Assembly: GCA_963848305.1 (NCBI GenBank)
Contig: CAWKDC010000001.1
Location: 32,001-96,000, forward strand
Source of the DNA: an uncultured Gammaproteobacteria bacterium
GTDB taxonomy: Bacteria; Pseudomonadota; Gammaproteobacteria; JABCZS01
Length of the DNA: 64,000 bases
Direction of reading: 5' to 3'
Shown: piece by piece, positions 19,581 to 29,708 of the stretch
How the letters are laid out: each line of letters starts with the position of its first letter
Position numbering within the stretch: position 1 is the stretch's first letter
The notes under the pieces: model-generated
What the model was told of the DNA's origin: nothing
Seen by the model: the letters and a program-made list of their open reading frames with translations, nothing else
Databases searched by the model: none
Made by a program: the position numbers and the translations under genes

Positions 19581-21227
19581 CTACTGCTGCTCCCAGGGGT
19601 CATGATAGGGCAATGGGTCAACAAAGATCTTGCCGGGATTCAGACGAGGGTACGTACCCATGATCAGATTCGATGTGCCAGCATCGTTGAAACCTCGGCC
19701 ACTCGTAAAGATAGTGTAGCCGCCAGCCGAAAGACCGGACAGGCCAAGCCCTTGTGCCACCCAAGCGGACGTTTCATACCCGCGATACTCGAACGAGAAG
19801 TCCGGCAGCGGGGCCGTCGAACTCCTTGGATCGAGATTGTCCATCACGTGGGTTCCCTCGTGGCCAGCATTTATCGCCATGATGGTTTCGTTTGGATTCT
19901 TGCTCATGTCGAACGTAACTGCTGAGCCGACCGTTGCAGCAGCACCTAGCCCGCGCAGGTCGCCGGTCGTGACGGTCACTCCGTTATCATCGCCTGCCTT
20001 GCCATAGGTCTTCAGAACTGCATCGAGCCTCGCACGCTCCTCGCTGCCCTTTCCGAAGCTGTTTCTCGCCGCTTTTATGTCGTCCAACGAATCCTTAAAC
20101 TCTTTCTTGAAAGCCTTGAAATCAGCGTTACACTGTTTGTCAGATTTCTCGCAAGGGTTCTTGAAATCGTAGAGCCCGGTGGGATCGACGCGAGTGGTGG
20201 GATTATTCCGGACATAAGCATACATATTCCAGGTCTGGGGGTCGCTGGGGTCGGCAGCGGCCAGGCCTGCCGGGTCGGGGGTGAGCCAGCGGCCGGCCAG
20301 GTCGTCATAGACCCGGTGCGGGGCCAATTTAAAATCGCCATCCCCCTCCTGAAACGCCGCCCACTCCCACTCCCATAAATTACCGGCCGTTTGCCACAAC
20401 TGACCCCAGGGGTACCACAGTAAGTCCTCGGTCCAGTTCCCCAGATGGTTGGTGTCCTGGGTTGCGGAACCGAGAAAGTTGGGGTGCTGAAGATAGGTCT
20501 CGTTGTTGTCACGGGAATATGCTGCGATTTTCCGCCCCCCCGCTCGTACCTGGTCCACCCACAAGCTGCTGCCGTCGGCGTTCCCCAGCCAATCACCATT
20601 GGGAGCGAACAATGCGGACATGTTGGTCCACGGCACGGCATAGTAGACCTCTTGGCCGAAGGCATTATAAACTGCGCTGGAATTGGTTTCCCGCCCCTCG
20701 CCATCCCAGGAGAAGCTATTCGTGCCGTCACTGGTCAGATTCCCCGCGGCGTCGTAGCTGAAGCCGTCAATGCGATTCGGGTAATTGTTGTAAGTCAATA
20801 CCGGGCAAGGGCCGTTCGTAGACCCGTTCATCAAGCAGGTCATGTTGCCGTAGGCGTCATAGCCAAAGGCGAGGTTATACGTGCTGTTGCCGCTCGCCTG
20901 CGCGCAAGCCAGGCGATTCACGCCGTCATAGACATACAAGGCCGAGTGGCTCATCGTGCTGTTCACCGCGTCCGTGAAAGTATAACCAATCACGTCGCCG
21001 TTGTTGCCGCTCCCGGACGCGGACACGGGGCAGCCGGGCGGCGTACTGCCGCCGGGCAAAGAGTAATTATACCCCAGTGTATAGTACGCTCCGGGGTTGC
21101 CGCTGGTGCCCAACTGAATCTGGGTCGGCTGCATCCGGTTATTGTAGGAGTAGGTTTCCTGGCTGTTCGTGCACCCGGAACCCGCGCAGCCGTTGGTGAG
21201 ACCGCTTAGCGCCCCCCAGGGAGTGTA
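19581..21227 (-). CDS. 5'-truncated (orphan) RHS repeat-associated core protein with C-terminal HExxH metallopeptidase-like toxin domain
   Basis: YD repeats (YDGVNRL, YDAYGNM, YDAAGNL, WDGEGRE); GRWLTPDPAG...WNMYAYVRNNP...DPTGL core end; HEGTH in the C-terminus; sequence above 21227 is RAYT/REP. Confidence 0.85.
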   Translation of the reverse strand, partial: YTPWGALSGLTNGCAGSGCTNSQETYSYNNRMQPTQIQLGTSGNPGAYYTLGYNYSLPGGSTPPGCPVSASGSGNNGDVIGYTFTDAVNSTMSHSALYVYDGVNRLACAQASGNSTYNLAFGYDAYGNMTCLMNGSTNGPCPVLTYNNYPNRIDGFSYDAAGNLTSDGTNSFSWDGEGRETNSSAVYNAFGQEVYYAVPWTNMSALFAPNGDWLGNADGSSLWVDQVRAGGRKIAAYSRDNNETYLQHPNFLGSATQDTNHLGNWTEDLLWYPWGQLWQTAGNLWEWEWAAFQEGDGDFKLAPHRVYDDLAGRWLTPDPAGLAAADPSDPQTWNMYAYVRNNPTTRVDPTGLYDFKNPCEKSDKQCNADFKAFKKEFKDSLDDIKAARNSFGKGSEERARLDAVLKTYGKAGDDNGVTVTTGDLRGLGAAATVGSAVTFDMSKNPNETIMAINAGHEGTHVMDNLDPRSSTAPLPDFSFEYRGYETSAWVAQGLGLSGLSAGGYTIFTSGRGFNDAGTSNLIMGTYPRLNPGKIFVDPLPYHDPWEQQ

Positions 21228-21231
21228 GGCC

Positions 21232-21943
21232 GGCTGGCGCTCAGACACCCGTTCTTTGGTGTCTGCGATTCCCGAAGGGACGTTCTCTTCCGGCCCCGCA
21301 CCGTCGAGAGTATACTCTTCTGCGCCATGCCCTTCTACCACCGCGTTTACAGTCCCGGTGAACTGCAATTCATCACCACCAGCACCTATCGCCGCACGCC
21401 CCTTTTCCTCTCGGATCGCTTTCGGCGCTGCTTTGTCCAGAGGCTGGAGGAGGTGCGGCAGGAATTACATTTCCTGCTCGTCGGCTGGGTTCTGATGCCC
21501 GAGCATTTTCATATGCTGATCAAGCCCGAGCCCGCCGAAACCACTCCCCTGATTATGAAGGGGCTCAAGGAGGAATCGGCCAAGCGCATCATCAGAACAC
21601 TTCGGGAAAACCTTCGGTATCCTTGGTGCCGGAAGACGCTCGCCAGGCTGCGGCTGCCCTCCACGGTTCACGATGAATCACACTACCGCCTCTGGCAGCG
21701 CCGCTTTTACCCCTTCAATGTCTTCTCCGAAAAAAAATTCCAGCAGAAATTGGACTACATGCACAACAACCCGGTGACGCGCGGGCTGGTGAGTTCCCCC
21801 GGCGACTGGCCGTGGTCAAGCTGGAGGTTCTACTATTTGCAGGATGCGTCAATTCTCCGCATGGATCGGATGCGCTGAGCTCAACTTACCAGAAGTCCCT
21901 TCGGGAGATCGCAGACTCCAAAGAGCCGAAGTCTGCGCCAGCC
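21232..21943 (+). mobile_element. RAYT element: transposase gene flanked by ~50-bp inverted hairpin (REP) ends
   Basis: Left ggctggcgctcagacacccgttctttggtgtctgcgattcccgaagggac (21232-21281) is an imperfect inverse of right gtcccttcgggagatcgcagactccaaagagccgaagtctgcgccagcc (21895-21943). Confidence 0.8.
21327..21878 (+). CDS. REP-associated tyrosine transposase (RAYT, Y1 HUH family)
   Basis: FITTSTYRRTPLF, HUH motif VLMPEHFHML, LWQRRFY, catalytic DYMHNNPV, WPWSS. Confidence 0.92.
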   Translation: MPFYHRVYSPGELQFITTSTYRRTPLFLSDRFRRCFVQRLEEVRQELHFLLVGWVLMPEHFHMLIKPEPAETTPLIMKGLKEESAKRIIRTLRENLRYPWCRKTLARLRLPSTVHDESHYRLWQRRFYPFNVFSEKKFQQKLDYMHNNPVTRGLVSSPGDWPWSSWRFYYLQDASILRMDRMR

Positions 21944-22217
21944 CCGTGTCTGGAAATGGTTGAGTGATCTTTACAATCGTGCCTGAGAGAGCCGGCGCGG
22001 CGATCTCCGCGGCAATCTTCCCGGCTGCCAGCCTACCCATCAAGTCCTGACCGAGGCTCACGAACAACGAAAATGGAATAAGGAATTTGACCGAGGCGCT
22101 AAGCCAAAGCCAGTAGCGGACTTGGGCGCGATTCTTGCGGAAGGCGAGCGTCAGCAGCCCCACCACAACCGCAAACACCGTTGATTGCCACAAATGGTTC
22201 GTCACCTCAGCGATCAT
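21944..22217 (-). pseudogene. N-terminal fragment of a BlaR1/MecR1 (M56 peptidase) sensor, truncated by the RAYT element
   Basis: NHLWQSTVFA...KNRAQVRYWLWLSASVKFLIPFS; runs into the RAYT right end after ~90 aa; no HExxH domain left. Confidence 0.85.
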
Positions 22218-22614
22218 TTCGATTCATGCTTCCTTTCTGCTTGTGTTCGAGATCAAGCTTCTTGATGGTCTTCTCCAACTCTCGAACGTCATCAAGGGTG
22301 AGCTTCCCCGCTTCGGCCAACTGCGCCATCATGGGTTGAGCCTGCCCTCCGAAGAAACTCAGAATGTCGTCAAGGAGCCGGCGGCGTGCCACGTCCCGGG
22401 GCACCGTCGGTTCGAAAATATGAGCGTTGCCGATCTTCCGGACTCGGCGCACTGCCTTCTTGCCCTCCAGCCGGTACACCGTGGTCTGGATGGTGGTGTA
22501 TGCCGGCCGAGGCTCCGGAAACGACTCCTGGATCTCCCGAATGGCTGCCTTTCCATGGGTCCATAGGACTTCGAGGATTTGGAGTTCGAGCTTGGTCAAT
22601 TTTGGTCGGGCCAT
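22207..22614 (-). CDS. BlaI/MecI/CopY family transcriptional repressor
   Basis: LTKLELQILEVLW, PAYTTIQTTVYRLEGK, NAHIFEP; overlaps the M56 gene start. Confidence 0.92.
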   Translation of the reverse strand: MARPKLTKLELQILEVLWTHGKAAIREIQESFPEPRPAYTTIQTTVYRLEGKKAVRRVRKIGNAHIFEPTVPRDVARRRLLDDILSFFGGQAQPMMAQLAEAGKLTLDDVRELEKTIKKLDLEHKQKGSMNRNDR

Positions 22615-22638
22615 GTGCCTTCTACTATTCTCCATCTA

Positions 22639-22666
22639 AAATTACTACAATATAGTAGTATGTCAA
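22639..22666 (-). promoter_or_regulatory. sigma70 promoter with BlaI-type operator
   Basis: Minus-strand TTGACA (22666-22661) -16 bp- TAATTT; palindrome TACTAC-N6-GTAGTA at 22643-22660. Confidence 0.75.
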
Positions 22667-22961
22667 GAAAAATATTTTGCGACCTTGGAGGGCGATTGGT
22701 CGCCCGCTCGAAGCTGATCGACACTCCCGCTGATTACTCCTGCGTGGTCGCCCAGCGTCTACCGATCCATGGAAATCTGGGCGGATCACGGCCACTCGGA
22801 AGCTATTCCGGTCAAGTCCCCTTCGAGGAGGTTTGTCCTGGCAGAGCACTCGCCGGATTAATCGCGAGTAACGGCGTACGGTAGAGCGGTCGCCCAGTTC
22901 CCGCCTCGCGCAGTCTGCACCTATTATCGGCAATACGCCGCCAGCCGGCTGTAGCGTCATC

Positions 22962-23264
22962 TAAGCCGTTAACCTAGGGATTGGAAGCGCCCCAAAGCCC
23001 GCGATGCGGGCGTGATCATGTCGCCATGGGAAAAACGTAGGGGAACATGTTCTGAGCCCCGGAGGGGGCGACATCGGGCCCCGTTGGTGGGGAATCAAGC
23101 ACGGTCGGCGGCAGGTTTTGGCCAGAAGAATTCACCGATGCCGCCCCTACGGGGCTGACGAGGCCCGCATGGCATCAGCATCCCACGGCTGGCTAGCCGT
23201 GGGCTACAGGATGTCGCCACTGCCGCGGCTTTGGATCAGACCACTTCCCTTGGGTTGACGCTTA
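22962..23264. repeat. REP-cluster / MITE-like element with nested hairpins and imperfect terminal inverted repeats
   Basis: Ends taagccgttaacctagggattgg / ccacttcccttgggttgacgctta; inner agccccggagggggcgacatc / gatgccgcccctacggggct; cccacggctggctagccgtggg. Confidence 0.6.
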
Positions 23265-23477
23265 TTGGCCGGTTGGCCTGGGCATTGTTAGGACGCCCAT
23301 TTGGGGCTGGGAAGTACGAACGTCTATGTCGAATTCACTCCATCAAATTAGGACATCACCGGATGCCCCAATAATTTGACAATCGCGGAAACTGGCTTTA
23401 TCAATAATAGGGCTGGAATTTCAGGCAAGTCCTTCCGATAAAAGAAAATCCAGACTGACAATAGAGCGGAGGTTTTT

Positions 23478-24950
23478 GTGCGGCAACCAGAAAAGGCGAC
23501 GGTGGGAGTATTCGGGATTGGGCTGGCGGCATACTGGCCACAGTTCCACGGGCTCAAGGAGCGGCTGGAAGGCTACCAGCGCAAGGTGGAACAGCGCATC
23601 GGCCAATGGGCCACGGTCGTCAGCGCCGGCCTGGTGGACGACACTCCCAAAGGTCTCCAAGCCGGTGAAGCCTTTCGTCGCGCGAGCGTCGATCTGGTTT
23701 TCTGCTACGTCGGCACCTACGCAACTTCCTCCACCGTATTGCCCGTCATCCAACACGCCAAGGCGCCCGTGGTGGTTCTGAACCTGCAACCACGCGCCGC
23801 GCTCGATTATGCGCACACCGATACGGGCGAGTGGCTGGCCAACTGCTCCGCCTGCTGCGTTCCGGAAATCTCCGGAGCGTTTGCCCGCGCGGCCATTCCC
23901 TTCCGGCAAGTCACCGGCATGCTCGACCCGGAACCCGATGTGCGCGAACCGAGCGAATCCGCGTGGAGCGGAAATCGAGGAATGGTGCGCCGCCGCCAGG
24001 GTGGTTCACAATCAGCGCCGGGCTCGCATCGGATTCCTCGGGCACCCCTACCCCGGAATGCTCGATATGTACAGCGACTTCACCCAGCACCAGGCGCAAC
24101 TGGGGACGCACATCGAAGTTGCTGGAAATGTGCGACCTGGAGGCGCGCGTGAGCGCCGCCACGGATGCCGAGATCGCGCGCAAGGCGGAGGAGACGCGCA
24201 GCATCTTTGACATCAGTGAGGACAGCCCGTCCGACCCGCTGGCGAAAAAGCCCGCCCCGGAGCAGATGGATTGGGCCTGCCGCGTTGCCGTGGGGCTCGA
24301 TCACCTGGTGGAGGATTTTGACCTCGACGGCCTGGCCTACTACTACCGCGGCGTGGGCGGCAACATGTATGAGCGGATCTGGGCGCGGCGTGATCCTGGG
24401 ATGCTCGCTGCTGACCGCGCGCGGAATTCCCTGCTCCGGTGAAGCCGATCTGAAAAATTGCCAGGCGATGAAGATCATGGACCTGCTGGGCGCGGGAGGC
24501 AGCTACACGGAGCTTTACGCCATGGACTTCCGCGAGCGCTTCATCCTGATGGGCCACGACGGCCCCTTCCATCTGGCCATCGCCGAAGGCCGGCCGATCC
24601 TGCGCGGGCTCGGCCTCTACCATGGCAAATCGGGATTCGGCGTCAGCGTGGAAGCCAGCGTGCGCAAAGGCCCCATCACCATCCTCGGCCTCACCCAAAC
24701 CTGCGATGGCCGGCTGAAATTTCTCGCGGCCGAAGGCGAATGCCTCGCCGGCGAGCGGCTGAAGATCGGCAACACCAACAGCCGCCTGCGATTCGCGCTT
24801 GAACCCGCGCCGTTCATCAATGCCTATTGCAGCGAGGGGCCTACCCACCATTGCGCGCTGGGCGTCGGCCACGTCCTGGGCAAGCTTAAGAAGGTGTCAT
24901 GGCTCACGGGGCTGGAACTGAAAGTCATCGGGCCGACGAGCGGGCAATAA
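23478..24950 (+). CDS. L-fucose/L-arabinose isomerase family protein; frameshifted
   Basis: GIGLAAYWPQF, YPGMLDMYSD, GIPCSGEADLK, MGHDGP, KIGNTN, GPTHHCALGVGH. Confidence 0.85.
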
Positions 24951-25266
24951 GCGTTTCGTCAAGTTACCAGGATGCAAGCATAGGAGCCCAGTGCCACGAG
25001 CGAGCGCAATGCTCTCCTCGAGTGGTCGCAGGCGAAAGAATGTGTTGCAGTTTACCACACAGGTGTGCGCAAATTTCCCCACAAATAGTCCTACCCACAC
25101 CGGCATAAGTGTTCAACTTTTAAACAAACCGACCCCTGAATAGACATTTAGTTCCTGTTATGACGCAGACTTTTGGTCATAGTCTTGCGCGGAACCGTGC
25201 AGATCCGCGGCTTGGAGGACTTTATCCACCGCAAATTCGGAAGAGAGTGCTGCTTCGGATTGGGGG

Positions 25267-25731
25267 ATGGCATTGAGTCGCTTTTTCCGAGATTCCGGAC
25301 ACTTGATTCGTCCCGCGCTGGTCCTGCTGGCGGGAGTGGTTATCTTTCTGATTATCCGTGCCGCTGTGGTGCCCAAAGACTTTGGGAAATATGGACACTA
25401 CCGGGCGGGTGCGCTTGACATGATCGCCGCGCTCCCCATTGCCTATGCCGGCGGAAGCCAATGCGCCCTCTGCCACGACCAGGAAGCCAAGGTGCATGAC
25501 GGGGGTAAGCATGCGAGTGTGCATTGCGAGGCCTGCCACGGCCCCCTGGCCAAACACGCTGACGATCCCGTCGCCAATGTGCCCAAGCTGCCCGACGTAG
25601 CCAACCTCTGCCGGCGCTGCCATGAAAAAGACGCCGCCAAGCCGAAAGGCTTTCCCCAAGTGGATACGGTCGCGCACTCCCAGGGCATGCTTTGCAACAC
25701 TTGTCACCAGCCGCACAATCCGCACCTCTGA
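25267..25731 (+). CDS. membrane-anchored tetraheme cytochrome c
   Basis: N-terminal TM helix; CALCH, CEACH, CRRCH, CNTCH. Confidence 0.9.
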   Translation: MALSRFFRDSGHLIRPALVLLAGVVIFLIIRAAVVPKDFGKYGHYRAGALDMIAALPIAYAGGSQCALCHDQEAKVHDGGKHASVHCEACHGPLAKHADDPVANVPKLPDVANLCRRCHEKDAAKPKGFPQVDTVAHSQGMLCNTCHQPHNPHL

Positions 25732-25747
25732 GGGAGGAGTTAGAAGC

Positions 25748-26488
25748 ATGGAATTCAGCAGGCGAGACCTCTTCAAGATTGGCGGAAAAATCCTGGTGCT
25801 GGCCTCCACCGGCGCCACGCTCGAACAGATCATGGGCGCTGCCCCTGCGCCTGAAGCCTACCGGAGGGCGGACCACTGGTGGGGCATGATCATCGACATC
25901 GACAAGTGCATTGGCTGCGGAAGCTGTGTGCGCGCCTGCTCGCAGGAGAACCACGTGCCCGCCGGGTACTTCCGGACCTGGGTGGAGCGGTATCAGGTGG
26001 AGGAAGGAAAGCAGCCCATCGTCGACTCGCCCAATGGAGCGATGGAGGGCTTCCCCGTCGCTACGCGCGCGGGCCTCAAGAGCTTCTTCGTTCCCAAACT
26101 TTGCAACCACTGCGCCGATTCCCCATGCGTGCAGGTCTGCCCGGTGGGTGCGACGTTCCTGAGCCCGGATGGCGTCGTCCTGGTGGACACGACCTATTGC
26201 CTTGGCTGCCGGTATTGCATCCAGGCTTGCCCGTATGGCTGCCGTTACCTGCATCCGGAAAAACATGTGGTGGATAAGTGCTCGCTCTGCTATCACCGCA
26301 TTACCAAGGGTCTCACCACCGCCTGCTGCGAGAACTGTCCCACAGGGGCGCGCCAATTGGTGGATTTCAAAAACCCCAACGATCCCGTTCACGAGTTCCT
26401 GCGCAATAACAAAGTCGAGGTGCTGAAGCCGTATATGGCCACGGGAGCGAAGGTCTACTACAAGGATCTGGATGGCGCGGTGCGATAA
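25748..26488 (+). CDS. Tat-exported 4Fe-4S dicluster protein (NrfC/DmsB family)
   Basis: SRRDLFK twin-Arg; CIGCGSCVRAC, CNHCADSPCVQVCP, CLGCRYCIQACP, CSLC...CCENCP. Confidence 0.92.
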   Translation: MEFSRRDLFKIGGKILVLASTGATLEQIMGAAPAPEAYRRADHWWGMIIDIDKCIGCGSCVRACSQENHVPAGYFRTWVERYQVEEGKQPIVDSPNGAMEGFPVATRAGLKSFFVPKLCNHCADSPCVQVCPVGATFLSPDGVVLVDTTYCLGCRYCIQACPYGCRYLHPEKHVVDKCSLCYHRITKGLTTACCENCPTGARQLVDFKNPNDPVHEFLRNNKVEVLKPYMATGAKVYYKDLDGAVR

Positions 26489-26500
26489 AGGAGCGAAGCA

Positions 26501-27670
26501 ATGATTCCTGGCGTTGAAGGCTTCATGTACCCCAACGAGGTGGAGTTGCAGTGGGGCCTGCTCATTGTGCTCTACCCTTACATCACCGGGCTGGTGGCCG
26601 GCGCCTTCATCCTGGCGTCGCTCGAGCGCGTCTTCAAGGTGAAAGGCCGTGCGGCCCACTTACCGCCTGGCCTTGCTGACGGCGCTCGGCTTCCTGCTGG
26701 TAGCGCCCCTGCCCCTGCAATTGCACCTGGGGCATCCCGAGCGCTCCATGGAGATGTACCTCACGCCCCACGCGATCCTCGGCCATGGCCATGTTCGGTT
26801 TTGTGTACTTGTGGTACCTCATGGTGGTGCTGCTGCTCGAGGTCTGGCTGGAGTACCGCGCGGACATCGTGCACCTGGCGCAAACCACCACTGGCGTTCG
26901 GCGACTCATCTACAAACTGCTCACCCTGGGGTCGATGAATGTCAGCCCCGAGGCGCGGCGAATCGACGAAAAGGTCAGCTACGTGGTTACCGTCATCGGC
27001 ATCCCCTCGGCGTTTCTGCTGCACGGGTACGTGGGATTTATCTTCGGCTCGGTGAAGGCCAATCCCTGGTGGTCCACTCCCCTCATGCCCGTCGTGTTCC
27101 TCTTCTCGGCGATGGTTTCAGGCATTGCGGCGGTCCTGGTGCTGTACATGGCCTTCATGAAGGTGGAGAAGATGTCCATCGACATGCCGTGCCTCGACAC
27201 CATTGCCAAATACCTCTTTTACACCTTCGTCATCGACTTCTCGCTGGAGATGCTGGATCTGGTGCATCGCACCTACGAGGCCGATGAATCCTTCCGCTCC
27301 CTGGATTTCATGGTGCACACACGATTGTGGGGATCGCAAGTGATTCTCCAGATCATCGTGGGTACGCTGGTGCCCCTGACGATCCTTGCGGCCAACCAGC
27401 TTTGGCGGTTCTCGGAAGTTCGCCGCAAGGCGATGTATCTCATTGCCTCTCTGCTGACCCTGATTGGCATCTTCGCCATGCGCTGGAACGTGGTGATCGG
27501 GGGCCAGTTGTTTTCCAAGAGTTTCCTTGGGATACACCTCTTACAAAGTTGAATTCGCAGCCAAGGAAGGCTTGCTGCCGGCCATCGGATTAATGATTCT
27601 GCCCTTCGTAATCGTCGTTGCCCTGGTGAAGCTTCTGCCCCCATGGGAAGGGGAAGCCAGCAAGGTCTAA
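26501..27670 (+). CDS. NrfD/PsrC family quinol-oxidising membrane subunit; frameshifted
   Basis: WGLLIVLYPYITGLVAG, HLGHPER, LHGYVGFIF, FSAMVSG, RWNVVIGGQ. Confidence 0.88.
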
Positions 27671-27680
27671 AGGAGCTGCC

Positions 27681-29401
27681 ATGTTGCAGGCAGATCTGGA
27701 CGAACTGCGCCAGCAGGTTCGCGATCTTACGAACCGTATCTCTCGTCTGGAGGAATCTCTCGCGCCCCGCGAGAGCGTGACGCCCGACCCGGGAAGCAGA
27801 GCCTCCTCGCCCTGCCCGAGGATCCCGGACATCCTCTCGCAAGTTCCCGACACCACTTCCGTTCTCCCGGTTCTCGGAGGCGGGCTTCTCGGCTTGGCAG
27901 GCGCCTACCTGCTGCGGGCCATCGCCGAATCGGGAGCCCTTCCACCGAGGGCGGTCTTCACGCTGGGAACCCTCTACGCCGTGGCCTGGCTGCTCTGGGC
28001 GGCGCGAGTTCCCGTCGAACGCCGGTTCGCGCACCACCTTGTACAGCCTCACGTCCGTGCTGATCCTTTCACCGCTGCTTTGGGAGTCCACGCTGCGCTT
28101 TCACATCATCACCACTGCGGAGGCCAGTGTGATTCTCATGGCCTTACACCCTGATCGGCCTGGCGGTATCCTGGCAGAGGGACTTGCTGATCGTTGCCAC
28201 CATTACTACCCTCGCGGGCCTGACCACGGCCGGCGCGCTGCTGATCGCCACGCACGACGTGCTGCCCTTCACCTTTGTCTTCCTGGCCATCGCTGCGGCG
28301 GTGGAAGTGTGCGCTTGCCTCAACCACTGGCTGGGTGAGCGGTGGCTGGCGGCGGCCGCCGCCAATCTTTCCGTCCTGCTGGCCACCTGGCTGGTCACCA
28401 ATCCCCGCGGCCTTCCGGAGGTCTACGCGCCCATTCCGGTACGCGCCCTGTTCGCCGCGCAAATGGCGCTGGTGGCCATCTACCTCTCCAGCGTTATGGT
28501 GCGGACCCTCCTGCGCGGCCTTGCCTTTACTAATTTCGAAACCGGGCAATGCGCTCTGGCCTTTGTGATTGGCGTCGGAGGCGCACTTCGCTTGTCCGCG
28601 GGCGGTGCGCACATCGCTCCCGCCCTGGGGGCATTCGCGCTGGTGTGCGGCGCGGCATGTTACGCGATCTCGTTCATGGTGCTGGAACGCCACGGCTCGC
28701 ACGGCCGCAACTTTTACACCTACTCGACCTTCGGAATGCTGTTAGTCCTGGTCGGCTGCCGAATCCTGTTGAATGACGGCGCGGCCGCGGTCGTATGGTC
28801 CGCACTGGCCATAGCGTGTATCGGCGCGGGCGGGCTCTGGGCCAGGCTGACGCTGGAAATTCACGGCGGCATTTATCTGGTACTGGCGCTCGCGCTCTCG
28901 GGCGCCTTCCAGCAAGCCGCAGGGTTTCTCTTGGGAGCCGATCTCTGGCCCGGTTCGGCCCCTACGGCGCTCTGGATCGGCGCGGCGGTGGCCGGAGCCA
29001 GTTACCTGCTGGCCGTGCGGTTCACTCCCTCTCTCAGCGGCTGGAATTTCCGCGCCCTCCGCGTGGCCGTTGCAGCCGTCCTGGTTTGGGTGGTGTTGGG
29101 CCTTTCGGCGGGAGGCCTGACCGGTATTTATCACGGACTCTTCGGTTTCGAAGCCGGAAACCCCTATTGCGCAACCCTGCGGACCGGCGCCGTGACAGCC
29201 GCTGCCGTGCTGCTGGCCTTGGCGGGTTCCCGCCCCTACTTCAGCGACCTTGCTCAATTGGTTTATCCTCTCATGCTCCTGGGCGCCTATCGCCTGGTCG
29301 CCGACGATATGCACCAGGATCGCAAGGCCGTCCTGTTCCTCTCGCTGCTGCTTTATGGCGCCGCGCTCATGGCGATACCTCGTCTCCGGCGTTCTGGGTA
29401 G
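27681..29401 (+). CDS. polytopic membrane protein with N-terminal coiled coil (DUF2339-like); frameshifted
   Basis: ORFs 27681-28154, 28039-28338 and 28184-29401 give continuous hydrophobic helices; RBS aaggag. Confidence 0.6.
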
Positions 29402-29499
29402 AGTCCATGAGGGGCGCGGCCGACAGCTATCTGGGTGGAACTTCCAGCCACAAGTCGATCTGCGCCTCTGGGAGGCACCGAGAAAACCGGGCTAGGCGG

Positions 29500-29705
29500 C
29501 AAAACTGTTCACCTAGCTGTCGTCAGGGATTAAACGAATCTAGTTACGTGCGAAGCACCTTGGAGTGCGTGTGGCAGCAGCCACCGCCTTTCATTCGTGC
29601 GAGTTCCGTATGAATCTCGGGCGGAAGGCGGTGGCTGCTGCCACACGCACTCCAAGGTGCTTCGCACGAGCCCATGTCAAAATGCGCGCTAAGTGAAAAG
29701 TGTTG
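29500..29705. mobile_element. 206-bp MITE copy 2 (internal spacer inverted relative to copy 1)
   Basis: TIRs caaaactgttcacctagc / gctaagtgaaaagtgttg; flanks gggctaggcgg / gggctagccgg (11 bp, 1 mismatch). Confidence 0.9.
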
Positions 29706-29708
29706 GGG

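Noticed and set aside
21228-21368. N-terminal extension of the Rhs ORF (19581-21368) in the ORF track
   Set aside because: These codons are the antisense of the REP end and RAYT start, not Rhs sequence.
25040-25130. Rex/FNR-like boxes upstream of the cytochrome operon
   Set aside because: Only loose matches (e.g. tgttcaacttttaaacaa); not supportable without a motif scan.
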